The notes under the pieces: generated by a model
The model's database searches: none
Told to the model about the DNA's origin: nothing
Seen by the model: the letters and a program-made list of their open reading frames with translations, nothing else
Shown: positions 38,415-47,440 of the stretch, piece after piece
Numbering within the stretch: position 1 is the first letter of the stretch
Layout of the letters: each line of letters opens with the position of its first letter
DNA from: Leucobacter soli
GTDB lineage: Bacteria; Actinomycetota; Actinomycetes; Actinomycetales; Microbacteriaceae
Assembly (NCBI GenBank): GCA_040394175.1
Contig: JBEBSS010000005.1
Coordinates: 32,909 to 96,908 of the forward strand
Reading direction: 5' to 3'
DNA length: 64,000 bases
Program-made: the position numbers and the translations under genes

Positions 38415-38894
38415 GTGAGTGAACCCCACCATTCAAGCACCTTCACGGGCTGGCGTGAATGGGTCAGCCTGCCTGAAATCGGCGTGTCGTGGCTCAAGGC
38501 CAAAATTGACACCGGCGCGCAGACATCCGCGCTGCACACCACCAGACTCGAAGAGTTCACCAGAGACGGCCAGGACTGGGTGCGCTTCGCCGTGCATCCG
38601 TGGCAGGACAGCGAACTCGACGAGGTCGTGGTCGAGCGCCCGGTGCACGACCGTCGCACGATTCGCAGTTCCTCGGGCCATTCGCAGGATCGGCTGGTGG
38701 TGCTCCTGGAGGTGGGGCTGTGCGGGCGTGTCATCCCCGCGGAGGTGACGCTCACGAGCCGAGACGAGATGGTCTTCCGCATGCTCATCGGTCGACAAGC
38801 GCTGCGCCAGGGATACCTGGTCGACTCGGAGGCATCTTATCTCGGCGGCAAGCCCGACCGTGCGGTGCGCAAGCGCAACCGCGGCCGAGCGTAA
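38415..38894 (+). CDS. RimK-associated retropepsin-like ('ATP-dependent zinc protease') protein
   Basis: 'GWREWVSLP', 'AKIDTGA.TSALH', 'SSSGH', 'M.FRMLIGR.AL'; GTG 38415. Confidence 0.9.
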   Translation: MSEPHHSSTFTGWREWVSLPEIGVSWLKAKIDTGAQTSALHTTRLEEFTRDGQDWVRFAVHPWQDSELDEVVVERPVHDRRTIRSSSGHSQDRLVVLLEVGLCGRVIPAEVTLTSRDEMVFRMLIGRQALRQGYLVDSEASYLGGKPDRAVRKRNRGRA

Positions 38895-38961
38895 CGAACC
38901 GAACCCGAGACGCCAGCCAGATGAAGGGCTGAGGTCCCGGGTTCGGCGACCAGACGGAGAC

Positions 38962-40635
38962 TCAGCGCCTCGTACGCCTGGTCAGCACCGGTTCGAGCAT
39001 CAGACCCGCCGCCACGATCATGGCGAGCACTGCCGCCCAGATCAGCGGCTGAGCTTCGCTCGAACCAGTACTCGGGAGCGCCGGTCCGCCGCTCGGTACG
39101 ACGACCGTTGGGGTGCAGGTCTTGACCGCGGCAAATTCGACTGTCGGCGCGCCCTCGAGTGAGGCCGCATAGGTGCCATCGGGTCCGAGGATCACGGTGG
39201 CTTCCGCGGTTCCCGCCTCGGAGCCCATCACTGAACCGTCCCAGGCGAAGCCGTCTGGGCCCGTCACCATGAGCGAGTAGGTCTCGCCCGGTTCGAGATC
39301 AGCAGCCGTGACGAGCACCTGCAGCGCCTGCGCCGGATCACCTGCCACACAGGTGGCCACTGCTACGGCCACGTGCGGAACGACGACCGGCGGGCACTCG
39401 GCAACCTCGAACTCTGCCGAAGCGGAGCGCGGTTTGTGGCCGAGGCTCGTGATCGTGGCGACATAGCTCCCGGCCTCGGTGAGTCCTGGCCAGGCGACGA
39501 TCATTCCCTCACCATCCGCTGTGAACGTGTCGGAGTAGACCTCGGAACCATCGAACCACACGACCACTTTGTAGTGCCCGCCCGGCTTCAGGTTCGATCC
39601 GATGATCTGCGCCACCGATTCGCCTGCCGATTCGCTGTACTCGCCTTCCCAGTCGCCATCGACGACCAGGCAGTCACCGGGAATCACTTCGATCTCTGGC
39701 TCCTTCGGGCATTCCCACTTCTTCCCGCCGGCGTTCCAGCTCGGACCCTCATCGCTCGCAAGCGTCGCACCGCTCTGCTCGGAGACGATCGGGCACTCAG
39801 GCGGCTTCGGGCACTCAGGCGGATACCCGTGACCCCCGAAGGCCGCGGCGGCCATGACATCCGTCGGGCACTCAGGCGGCTTCGGCGGCTGCTTGCAGTC
39901 ATGACCGAGCATGTAGGTGCCGGTCGCGTCGAGACCCTTGCCGGGATAGTAGTTCCCGTTCCCCGGATAGCTGTACTGATGCTTGTTCCCGTTCTTCACG
40001 TACCAGAACGCGGGAATCACGTCCGATCGCGTACCGTTCGCCTTCGTATGCTGGGAGTGACCGTTCTGCCCGAAGATCGAATCGACATCGACGGTCTGCA
40101 TCACGTACGGATTCGAGTCCGAACTCGTTGCATGGCAGATCGTGATTCCCTGATGACCGCGATCCCCGAGCGTTGCGGCCTCGGGAGTCGCGAGTGCGCT
40201 CGCGTCGTCCTCCGGAGCGGTGGCTTCGGGGTCGACTTCCGCTTCCGTGGCTTCTCCCGCTTCCTCTTCGGAGGCGTCACCATCGGTCGACGCCTCCTCC
40301 GTCGCCTCAGTCCCTTCGGTCCCGGCGTCCTCCGCCGGCGGGGCGGCCTCCGCGGCGGGCTCCGGCGGTGCCGACTCCGTCGTTTCCTCCGGCGGCGCAG
40401 GTGCGTCTTCGCTGGCACCGCTCACCGTATCTGAGACGGCCGGCTGATCTGCGGCAGCGGCAGACACCGCGGCTTCCGTTGCAACCTCTGCCGCTGGCGC
40501 GTCGTCGGCCGAAGCCGCAACCGCCGGCCCGAGACAGAGCGCCGCTGTCGCGAGGAGCGCGACTGCGATCCTCGCTCCTCTCGACCGGCTGGCGACGTCG
40601 GTGTCGCCAGTCCGGTGATGCGCATGTAGTTTCAT
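38962..40635 (-). CDS. Secreted, sortase-anchored (LPxTG) surface protein
   Basis: Signal peptide ending 'AVAASA', acidic Ala/Glu/Pro linker, Cys/His module, two beta-rich Ig-like segments, LPSTG + hydrophobic helix + RRTRR. Confidence 0.85.
   Translation of the reverse strand: MKLHAHHRTGDTDVASRSRGARIAVALLATAALCLGPAVAASADDAPAAEVATEAAVSAAAADQPAVSDTVSGASEDAPAPPEETTESAPPEPAAEAAPPAEDAGTEGTEATEEASTDGDASEEEAGEATEAEVDPEATAPEDDASALATPEAATLGDRGHQGITICHATSSDSNPYVMQTVDVDSIFGQNGHSQHTKANGTRSDVIPAFWYVKNGNKHQYSYPGNGNYYPGKGLDATGTYMLGHDCKQPPKPPECPTDVMAAAAFGGHGYPPECPKPPECPIVSEQSGATLASDEGPSWNAGGKKWECPKEPEIEVIPGDCLVVDGDWEGEYSESAGESVAQIIGSNLKPGGHYKVVVWFDGSEVYSDTFTADGEGMIVAWPGLTEAGSYVATITSLGHKPRSASAEFEVAECPPVVVPHVAVAVATCVAGDPAQALQVLVTAADLEPGETYSLMVTGPDGFAWDGSVMGSEAGTAEATVILGPDGTYAASLEGAPTVEFAAVKTCTPTVVVPSGGPALPSTGSSEAQPLIWAAVLAMIVAAGLMLEPVLTRRTRR
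39791..39879 (-). repeat. Three copies of GGGCACTCAGGCGG (PPECP peptide repeat)
   Basis: Copies at 39791-39804, 39809-39822 and 39866-39879 inside the LPxTG gene. Confidence 0.8.
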
Positions 40636-40885
40636 GAGCTGTTCCGTTCGCAAGACCCACTCGACCTCTTCGCCGGCGCGGGTGTGGATATAGAGAAATC
40701 GATTCCCGCCCGCTCACCGAAATGGTGCGGATCCGCGTCTCGCGAACTCCCTTCAGACTTCGAAGACCCGAGATCCGGGCCGGTAGATCGAACCACCGCC
40801 AGAGTAAGAAACAGGTGTCCAACTGCACATCGGGGAAAACTACGTATTCTCGGGGTCGGCTTCGCCGCGGCGGTACGCTAGAGGC

Positions 40886-41560
40886 ATGTCGGTTTCGGAG
40901 CTTTCCACAAGCACGCAGAACTATCTCAAGGCGGTGTGGACCATCTCGGAGTGGTCAGACACGCCCGTGACACCGACCCTCATCGCCGAGCGAACCGAGC
41001 TCAAACTGTCCTCGGTTTCCGATGCGGTGCGGAGACTGACCGCTCAGGGGCTGCTGAGCCACACGCCATACGGGGCCGTCGAGCTGACGGAGACCGGACG
41101 TGCCTACGCCGTGGCGATGGTGCGGCGGCACCGATTGATCGAGACGTTCCTCGTGAAGATGCTCGGCTACGGCTGGGACGAGGTGCATGACGAGGCGGAG
41201 CATCTCGAACATGCCGTCAGCGATTTCATGATCGAGCGAATCGACGAGTTGCTGGGGCGGCCCACCCGCGACCCGCACGGTGACCCCATCCCACTCGCCG
41301 ACGGCACGATCGTGGTGCCGACTGCGGTGCAGCTCAGCCAGCTCGCGCCCGGAACCGAAGTCATCGTCGAACGCATCAGCGACGACGATCCGGCTCTGCT
41401 GCAGTATTTCAAAGACTGCGGCGTGGTGCTGGGTGCGCGGCTCTTCGTGCGCGAGGGCGCACCGTTCTCAGAATCGCTCGACGTCCGGGTCGGCGACGCA
41501 GCGCAGTCGATCGCGCTCGGCCGGCGGGCGGCCGAAGCGCTCTACGTCTCTCGAAGCTAG
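40886..41560 (+). CDS. DtxR/MntR-family metal-dependent repressor (with FeoA domain)
   Basis: 'QNYLKAV', 'RRHRLIETFL', 'HDEAEHLEH', 'DPHGDPIP'; TACGCT -10 six nt upstream suggests a leaderless mRNA. Confidence 0.93.
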   Translation: MSVSELSTSTQNYLKAVWTISEWSDTPVTPTLIAERTELKLSSVSDAVRRLTAQGLLSHTPYGAVELTETGRAYAVAMVRRHRLIETFLVKMLGYGWDEVHDEAEHLEHAVSDFMIERIDELLGRPTRDPHGDPIPLADGTIVVPTAVQLSQLAPGTEVIVERISDDDPALLQYFKDCGVVLGARLFVREGAPFSESLDVRVGDAAQSIALGRRAAEALYVSRS

Positions 41561-42921
41561 CGCACCGCTCCGTCTGCGGGTTGGTCCACTTGCGTTTCAG
41601 GGGTGCTGTCGGAGGCAGGTCGGCGCAGCAATTCGGACAGGAGCAGGACGGCGAACACTCCGAGCGTCACAGTGGCCACACCGCTCGGGGTGATCGGTCG
41701 CATCGAGAATAGTGCGAGCACGCCGAGCAGCACGGCTGCGACGAGGATCGCCGAGTGCCAACGGTCGATGGCTCGGCCGAACGCACCGGTGTGGAGGCCG
41801 CGGTGGTCGGCTGCGGCGCGAATGGTCGCGAAGCCCCCGCGGAACGCCCCGCGGACGGATACGGCGAGCCTCGACGAGCTCGCGAGCCAGGCGCCGACGG
41901 CGACCACCAGAAACAGGGCGATCAGGGCGATCAGGGTAGCGGCGATGAGCTCCGTCAGCTGCACGAAGAGCACCTCGGCTGTCGCGGCAGGCATGATCGA
42001 AGGGCTGACCGCGCCGATGAAGAACACTCGGCCCACACCCACACCTCCTGAGAGCAGCAGCAGCGATGCCGCGACGCTGCTCCCCGCCCAGGCGAGCGTT
42101 CGCATGCGATTGCGCGCGACCAGCACGCCTCCGACGACGGCGGCGAGCGCGACCCACGGCAGCCAGAAACCGAGGCCGACCGCGAGCTGATAGAGCGTGC
42201 GCACGAGTGCGAGGGAGTCGGAGGCGAGGATCGGCACCGCCTGATCCACGACCGGAATGGTTTCGGCGAACCCCAGTCCCTGCGCGATGAGGCGTTCCCG
42301 CACCTGTGCGGTGATGGTGCGCAGGTCGAGTGAGAGGGTGCCGTCGTCAGCCAGCTGCAGCGCCGAATCGGGGTTCCCCTGGATCAACGAGATCGCCCGG
42401 CTGTGGCTCTCGCGGAGTGCGATCTCCCATGCCCCAGCGAACTGCGGCGACTCGACCATCTGTTCCACGCCCGTGTCGATCAAGGATCGTACGCCGCTCG
42501 CCGCGGTGCCCTCCAGCAGCGGCAGCACCGCTGCCGCGCGAGGGGGAAGGTCCATTTCGGCGAGGCCCGTGAACAGCTCGCCCACCATGCCGTCGATGTC
42601 GACGTTCTGCGTGATGCCCGCGGACACCTCCGCCGCGACGAACTGCTGCACTTCGGGCTTCTGCGCAAGCGGGGCGAAGGTCTGCACGAAGCGATCGGTG
42701 TCGACGAGTTCGGCGCGGGCCCAACTTCCGAGCACGGCGATCGGTGCGAGCAGCGCACCGATCAGGATCAGCATCACTGCCGCGGCTCCTCGCAGTCTCC
42801 CCTTCGCGCGGGGGCCGTTCGCTTCGTGCGCGGCGTCGCCCGCGCGCTGGAGTTCGAGATGTTGTGCCTCGAGCTCTGCGATTCTCACCCGAAGCGCCTT
42901 GACCTCTTGCGTCTCCCCCAT
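41557..42921 (-). CDS. Integral membrane protein of unknown function
   Basis: N-terminal coiled coil, TM, large soluble domain 'DTDRFVQT.APL..P.VQ', several C-terminal TMs. Confidence 0.75.
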   Translation of the reverse strand: MGETQEVKALRVRIAELEAQHLELQRAGDAAHEANGPRAKGRLRGAAAVMLILIGALLAPIAVLGSWARAELVDTDRFVQTFAPLAQKPEVQQFVAAEVSAGITQNVDIDGMVGELFTGLAEMDLPPRAAAVLPLLEGTAASGVRSLIDTGVEQMVESPQFAGAWEIALRESHSRAISLIQGNPDSALQLADDGTLSLDLRTITAQVRERLIAQGLGFAETIPVVDQAVPILASDSLALVRTLYQLAVGLGFWLPWVALAAVVGGVLVARNRMRTLAWAGSSVAASLLLLSGGVGVGRVFFIGAVSPSIMPAATAEVLFVQLTELIAATLIALIALFLVVAVGAWLASSSRLAVSVRGAFRGGFATIRAAADHRGLHTGAFGRAIDRWHSAILVAAVLLGVLALFSMRPITPSGVATVTLGVFAVLLLSELLRRPASDSTPETQVDQPADGAVR

Positions 42922-43049
42922 CGGACTCCCCGTTTCGGCTTGGTGTGGTTGTCACCCGAGGTCTGGAGAGACCGATGACATATGCATTCCCGCTCAGCGT
43001 AGCGATTCCCTGGCCGAGACCGCGATCAGGGTCTCAAAAATGCGAAAGA

Positions 43050-43078
43050 GGCCGACCGGGCGAAATGCCTGGCCGACC
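43050..43078 (-). terminator. Intrinsic terminator of cspA
   Basis: Minus strand GGTCGGCCAGGC-ATTTC-GCCCGGTCGGCC followed by TCTTT. Confidence 0.65.
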
Positions 43079-43096
43079 TCTTTCGGTGAGTGCTCG

Positions 43097-43300
43097 TTAG
43101 AGCGCGCGAATGGTCGCAGCCTGGGGACCCTTGGGGCCCTCCTCGACCTCGAACTCGACCTTCTGGTTCTCTTCGAGATTGCGGTGGCCGAAGCCAACGA
43201 TCGCGCTGTAGTGCGCGAAGACATCGCGTGAGCCGTCATCGGGAGCGATGAATCCGAAGCCCTTGCCGGAGTCGAACCATTTGACAGTGCCGGTGGCCAT
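43097..43300 (-). CDS. cspA: Cold-shock protein
   Basis: 67 aa; RNP1 'KGFGFI', RNP2 'VFAHYS'. Confidence 0.97.
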   Translation of the reverse strand: MATGTVKWFDSGKGFGFIAPDDGSRDVFAHYSAIVGFGHRNLEENQKVEFEVEEGPKGPQAATIRAL

Positions 43301-43655
43301 ATTGTCATTCCTTCATAGTGTTGAGGACCGCGTGAACAATCCCATCTGTACCCATCGGAGACGCCGATGGGAGGTCTATCTGCGGAAGCGGCGCCTGCTG
43401 CGCCGGTCCTGGGGCGGAGCCGATATCGGCTATAGGTCTCGCGCAAAGCCTCAAAAAGCGCGAACTTCAAACAAAATTACAACGGCACAATCAATAAGTG
43501 CGTACGAACAAGCTTACACCGACTCGTTGTTCTGGGGAAGTGAGAACTCGACCCCGTGGAAGATTCGGTCGATGCGTCGGCACGATGCTCCGAGTACGCG
43601 GTGGGGAGTATCGGCTGGCTCGCCAGGAGATCGGTTCGCCTCACGCTGCCGGCGC

Positions 43656-43790
43656 CTACAGTTCGACCGGAGGAGCAGGCTCGTGCCCGTCCTCCTCCGG
43701 ATGCCTTGCCAGGTTCACGATACCCGCGATGAGACCACCCCAGACGGTAAGCATCGAGATCGCCATCATGATGACTGCCGTGGTACTCAT
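43656..43790 (-). CDS. Small subunit of methionine/alanine NSS importer (MetS-like), 44 aa; absent from the ORF track
   Basis: Hand translation MSTTAVIMMAISMLTVWGGLIAGIVNLARHPEEDGHEPAPPVEL*; ATGA overlap with the transporter stop. Confidence 0.88.
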   Translation of the reverse strand: MSTTAVIMMAISMLTVWGGLIAGIVNLARHPEEDGHEPAPPVEL

Positions 43791-45400
43791 CTGCTCGCCC
43801 CCTCTTCTCGAACGCCCTGCAGTCCGGTCTCCACATCTGGTTCGTAGCCCTCGTCAGCGAGGTAGGCGTCGTACTCCGGATCGTCCTTCGCGTGGGACCG
43901 TTTGCTCCACGGGAGCAGGGAGAGCACGACTCCGCCTGCGATGAGCACGATGACCATCCCCCACCCGAAGATCGCGATGAACCAATCGGGATAGCCGCCG
44001 TAGGGCTCATTGAGCTTGCCCAGGATCTCGCTGAGCAAGAGGTACCCGAGCACGATCGGTGAGAGGACTCCGACCAGCAGCTTCCAGATCGTGCCGACCG
44101 CGAAGCTGGATCGTCGATTCAGGTGCTCCTGCAGCGCGGGGAGCTTGTGCAGGACCCAGGACACCACGATCACCGACACGAATGCGACCGCCATGATGCC
44201 GAACGCGTTCACAAAGGCATCGGCGGTGTCGAGCACCGCGAGCGCGGTGGTGGTCGAGAAGAGCGCAAGCGAAATGATCGTGAGCGGAACCGATACGACC
44301 AGTGTGGTCGCGATGCGGCTCCATCCGAGTTTGTCCTGCAGTGCGGCCACGATGACTTCGAGGATCGAGATGAGCGACGTGATTCCGGCGAAGACCAGCG
44401 CCCCGAAGAAGAGCACGCCGATGATCGAGCCTCCGGCTGCATTCGAGACGATCGTGGGGAAGGCGATGAAGGCGAGTCCGATTCCGGAAGTGGCGACGCC
44501 GGCGACATCCGAGCCCTGGGCCGCCGCCATGAACCCGAGCGCCGCGAACACGCCGATGCCGGCGAGGATCTCGAACGACGAGTTGGCAAATGCCACGACG
44601 AGACCAGATCCGGTCAGGTCGGTCTTTCGCTTGAGGTACGACGAATACGTCACCATGATGCCGAACGCCACCGACAGCGAGAAGAAGATGTGTCCGTACG
44701 CTGCAGCCCACACCGCGGGATCGGCCAGCGCTTCCCAGTCGGGTGTGAAGAAGGCGTTGAGCCCGTCGATCGCCCCGGGCAGGAACAGCGACTGCACGAC
44801 CAGTACGACGAACATCACGGTCAGCAGGGGCATCAGCACCATGTTGGAGGCACCGATTCCACGCTGCACCCCCAGGCACATGATGACGATGACGATCAGC
44901 CACACAGCGATGAGCGGGATGCCCACCTGCGGAACGAACTGGGTGGAGACCCCGTCCGCTCCGACGTCGCCCATCTGCAGGAAGTCGCCGAAGAAGAAGT
45001 CGTTCTCGTTGCCCTTGCCCCAGGTCAGCTGCGCGGAGAACCACGTGTACATCGCCGACCACGCGATGATCACGGCGTAGTACACGGCGATCACGACGCA
45101 GATCAGCACCTGCCACCATCCGAGAGGTTCGGCGGCTCGGTGCATGCGACGGAAGGCCAGCGGAGCGGAGCCGCGGTAGCGGTGCCCGATGGCGTAGTCG
45201 AAGAACAGCAGCGGGATTCCGGCGGTCAGCAGCGCGCAGAGATACGGGATCAGGAATGCACCGCCACCGCCTTCATAGGCGACATACGGAAACCTCCAGA
45301 TGTTTCCCAGGCCGACCGCCGATCCGATGGCCGAGAGAATGAAGACGTTTCGTGAGCCGAATCCCTCGCGACGGGCAGTGTGATTCGTGGCGGACGACAT
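43787..45400 (-). CDS. Sodium-dependent NSS/SNF-family transporter
   Basis: 'GSAVGLGNIWRFPY', 'GGGAFLIPY', 'FFSLSV..G.M.TYSSY', 'GLAFIAFP'. Confidence 0.96.
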   Translation of the reverse strand: MSSATNHTARREGFGSRNVFILSAIGSAVGLGNIWRFPYVAYEGGGGAFLIPYLCALLTAGIPLLFFDYAIGHRYRGSAPLAFRRMHRAAEPLGWWQVLICVVIAVYYAVIIAWSAMYTWFSAQLTWGKGNENDFFFGDFLQMGDVGADGVSTQFVPQVGIPLIAVWLIVIVIMCLGVQRGIGASNMVLMPLLTVMFVVLVVQSLFLPGAIDGLNAFFTPDWEALADPAVWAAAYGHIFFSLSVAFGIMVTYSSYLKRKTDLTGSGLVVAFANSSFEILAGIGVFAALGFMAAAQGSDVAGVATSGIGLAFIAFPTIVSNAAGGSIIGVLFFGALVFAGITSLISILEVIVAALQDKLGWSRIATTLVVSVPLTIISLALFSTTTALAVLDTADAFVNAFGIMAVAFVSVIVVSWVLHKLPALQEHLNRRSSFAVGTIWKLLVGVLSPIVLGYLLLSEILGKLNEPYGGYPDWFIAIFGWGMVIVLIAGGVVLSLLPWSKRSHAKDDPEYDAYLADEGYEPDVETGLQGVREEGASR

Positions 45401-45463
45401 GCTGGTACCCTATCGAAATTCAGCAGCCCTCGATATCGCCGATGGCGCAGCCCGATCCGGCCG

Positions 45464-45775
45464 CTACTCGAACAGGTCGCCGAGGAACTCGAACGGACTC
45501 TTCTTCTTGCGATACTTCGGATCGTCGTATCGGGGATCTCTCCGCTCCTCGTACCGGCCGTCTCGGCGATCCTCGGAGCGTGGCTTCTGGCTGCGCGTGT
45601 CCGGCAGCGGCTGAGGCGCGGCGGTCACGGCTGGGGCGTCCGCCTGCACCCGTTCGAGGATCTTGTCGAGTTCTCCGCGGTCGAGCCAAATGCCACGGCA
45701 CTGCGGGCAGTAGTCGATTTCGATGCCGTGGCGCTCGCTCATCAGCAGCGTGGTTCCGTCTGTGGGGCAGTTCAT
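45464..45775 (-). CDS. TFIIB-type zinc-ribbon protein
   Basis: 'CPTD...L...ER.GIEIDYCPQCRGIWLDRGELDKI'. Confidence 0.9.
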   Translation of the reverse strand: MNCPTDGTTLLMSERHGIEIDYCPQCRGIWLDRGELDKILERVQADAPAVTAAPQPLPDTRSQKPRSEDRRDGRYEERRDPRYDDPKYRKKKSPFEFLGDLFE

Positions 45776-45882
45776 GTGGCCAGCCTATGGGTCGTTCCGA
45801 GCGCTCTCGGCGTTCTCCGAGCATGCTCCCGGTGGATTCTCGGCAGTCCTCGACGCGATGGACCGGGCGTATCCTGGTGAGC

Positions 45883-46056
45883 ATGAAGGAAACGACGCGT
45901 ACGGCGGTCTGGGCAGTGAGCGGCGGGATCATCGGCGGGATCGCAGGCGCACTGCTCGGCTCACTCACGCATCTGCCAGGAGCCGGACCGATCGGAATCG
46001 GACTCGCAATCGGAGCGCTCGTGGGGTTTCTCGCGGGCCTCCCCCGCACACGCTGA
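45883..46056 (+). CDS. Small Gly-rich 2-TM membrane protein (57 aa)
   Basis: MKETTRTAVWAVSGGIIGGIAGALLG...GLAIGALVGFLAG; glycine-zipper pattern. Confidence 0.6.
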   Translation: MKETTRTAVWAVSGGIIGGIAGALLGSLTHLPGAGPIGIGLAIGALVGFLAGLPRTR

Positions 46057-46075
46057 TCGATCGCGTTCGCCCGAG

Positions 46076-46462
46076 CTACGCGATGACGCGTCGCACCCCG
46101 GCTCTGGCGAGCATGAGTGTGACGACGAGCACCGTGACAGCGAGGTAGCCGCCAAGGGAGACGGCGTCACCCAGAACGAGATCGGTGAGCCACAGGATGA
46201 GGGCCTTGCTGCCGGCGGCTACGAGGATCAGGCTCGCGCCTGAGACGGCGCGAACTCGTGCGGAGTCGGCTCCCTTGAGCCGGGCGACGATCCTTGTTTT
46301 CACTCGCACCACGATCTCCAGCACGAGCTTCAACAGGATCGCGGTCACCAGCGAAGCGAGAAACGACTCGCTGATCACCTGCGGGAACAGCTGGGTGAAC
46401 GTGCACAGCACCACTGTGTAGACGAACACATCGACAAGATCCTTCGCACCGATCCGAGGCAT
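46076..46462 (-). CDS. Hypothetical membrane protein
   Basis: 128 aa, four hydrophobic segments; 'DVFVY.VVL..F.Q..P.VISESF..S..TAILLK'. Confidence 0.75.
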   Translation of the reverse strand: MPRIGAKDLVDVFVYTVVLCTFTQLFPQVISESFLASLVTAILLKLVLEIVVRVKTRIVARLKGADSARVRAVSGASLILVAAGSKALILWLTDLVLGDAVSLGGYLAVTVLVVTLMLARAGVRRVIA

Positions 46463-46601
46463 GCTGCAATCGTACGGCCCGCTACCGCACGCGAGAAGGC
46501 CCGCCGCAACCGGTCGGCTCCCGATCCCGCCGGATTCTTCCTTCGGACGGCCGCTGCGCTAGCGTCTTAGGGTGGGATACGAACAGCGAAGCAAGGATGA
46601 T

Positions 46602-46739
46602 GTGACGGCCAGCCGCGAAAGGGACACTCCGATCTTCGACGAACTCGTCCAGGGGTACCGGGAGACGCACCCCGGATTCTTGGAGCCGTTCCAGGTTCGC
46701 TCACAGCGGCAGAAGATGACTCTGTCACGGCACTCCTGA
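46602..46739 (+). CDS. Candidate 45-aa small protein; absent from the ORF track
   Basis: GTG...TGA = MTASRERDTPIFDELVQGYRETHPGFLEPFQVRSQRQKMTLSRHS; AAGGA upstream; TAGGGT -10-like hexamer near 46568. Confidence 0.45.
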   Translation: MTASRERDTPIFDELVQGYRETHPGFLEPFQVRSQRQKMTLSRHS

Positions 46740-46835
46740 GTCGCGCGTTCCTCCCGATCGCCGGAACCGAGCGCGCGCACCCCTTGTCCTCCTCTGTGAG
46801 CGCGCGTCGTCCGAGGGATTGAGGGCAGCTCGCGA

Positions 46836-46859
46836 AGTAGGTAGACTGAACTACCTACT
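46836..46859. promoter_or_regulatory. TetR operator
   Basis: Perfect 9-bp inverted repeat AGTAGGTAG-N6-CTACCTACT, 8 nt before the TetR start. Confidence 0.8.
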
Positions 46860-46867
46860 CTAGGGAA

Positions 46868-47440
46868 ATGAGGCGGCTCGTGGGATCAGCTCGAGAGCGT
46901 TTGCTCACCGCCGCGGCGAGGCGCTTCTACGACGACGGTGTGCATGCGACGGGAATCGACGCCATCACCGCCGAGGCCGGAGTGGCGAAGAAGAGCCTCT
47001 ACAACAATTTCTCGTCCAAAGCCGATCTGGTCCGCACCTACATCGACGAACGCCACCGCGAATGGCTCGGCCTGCATCACGCACGTCGCGAACGTGCGGC
47101 GACGACCACGGAACGAGTGCTGGCGGTCTTCGATGCCTACGTCGACCATGCGGGCGACGCCTACGGCACAGGGTTTCGCGGATGCGGACTCCTCAACGCT
47201 GCCGCAGAGTTCCCAGCGGGCGATCCGTCGCGCCTCGCCGTTCGCGCGCACAAGGAGGAGGTCGAGCGCATCCTTGCCGACGACCTGGCCGAGCTGACCG
47301 ATGCGCCTCGCGCAGCAGAGATCGCCGAGCACTTCAGTTTCCTTCTCGAGGGAGCCGTCGCCCGAGCGGGGCTGGAAGGCACCCCGGCACGCCTGGAGCA
47401 TGCCCGCGACATCGCCGCTCGAATGCTGGCCTCCTGGTGA
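46868..47440 (+). CDS. TetR/AcrR-family regulator
   Basis: 'ARERLL.AA.R.FY..G..ATGIDAI.AEAGVAK.SLYNNFSSK..L', 'RGCGLLNAAAE'. Confidence 0.95.
   Translation: MRRLVGSARERLLTAAARRFYDDGVHATGIDAITAEAGVAKKSLYNNFSSKADLVRTYIDERHREWLGLHHARRERAATTTERVLAVFDAYVDHAGDAYGTGFRGCGLLNAAAEFPAGDPSRLAVRAHKEEVERILADDLAELTDAPRAAEIAEHFSFLLEGAVARAGLEGTPARLEHARDIAARMLASW

Noticed and set aside
12215-39879. Repeats in DUF937 and the LPxTG gene as a CRISPR or other non-coding array
   Set aside because: The repeats are in-frame coding repeats without unique spacers of regular length, and no cas genes are present.
43477-44010. 177-aa ORF downstream of the NSS transporter
   Set aside because: It overlaps the transporter and the 44-aa MetS-like gene in another frame and has no recognisable features.
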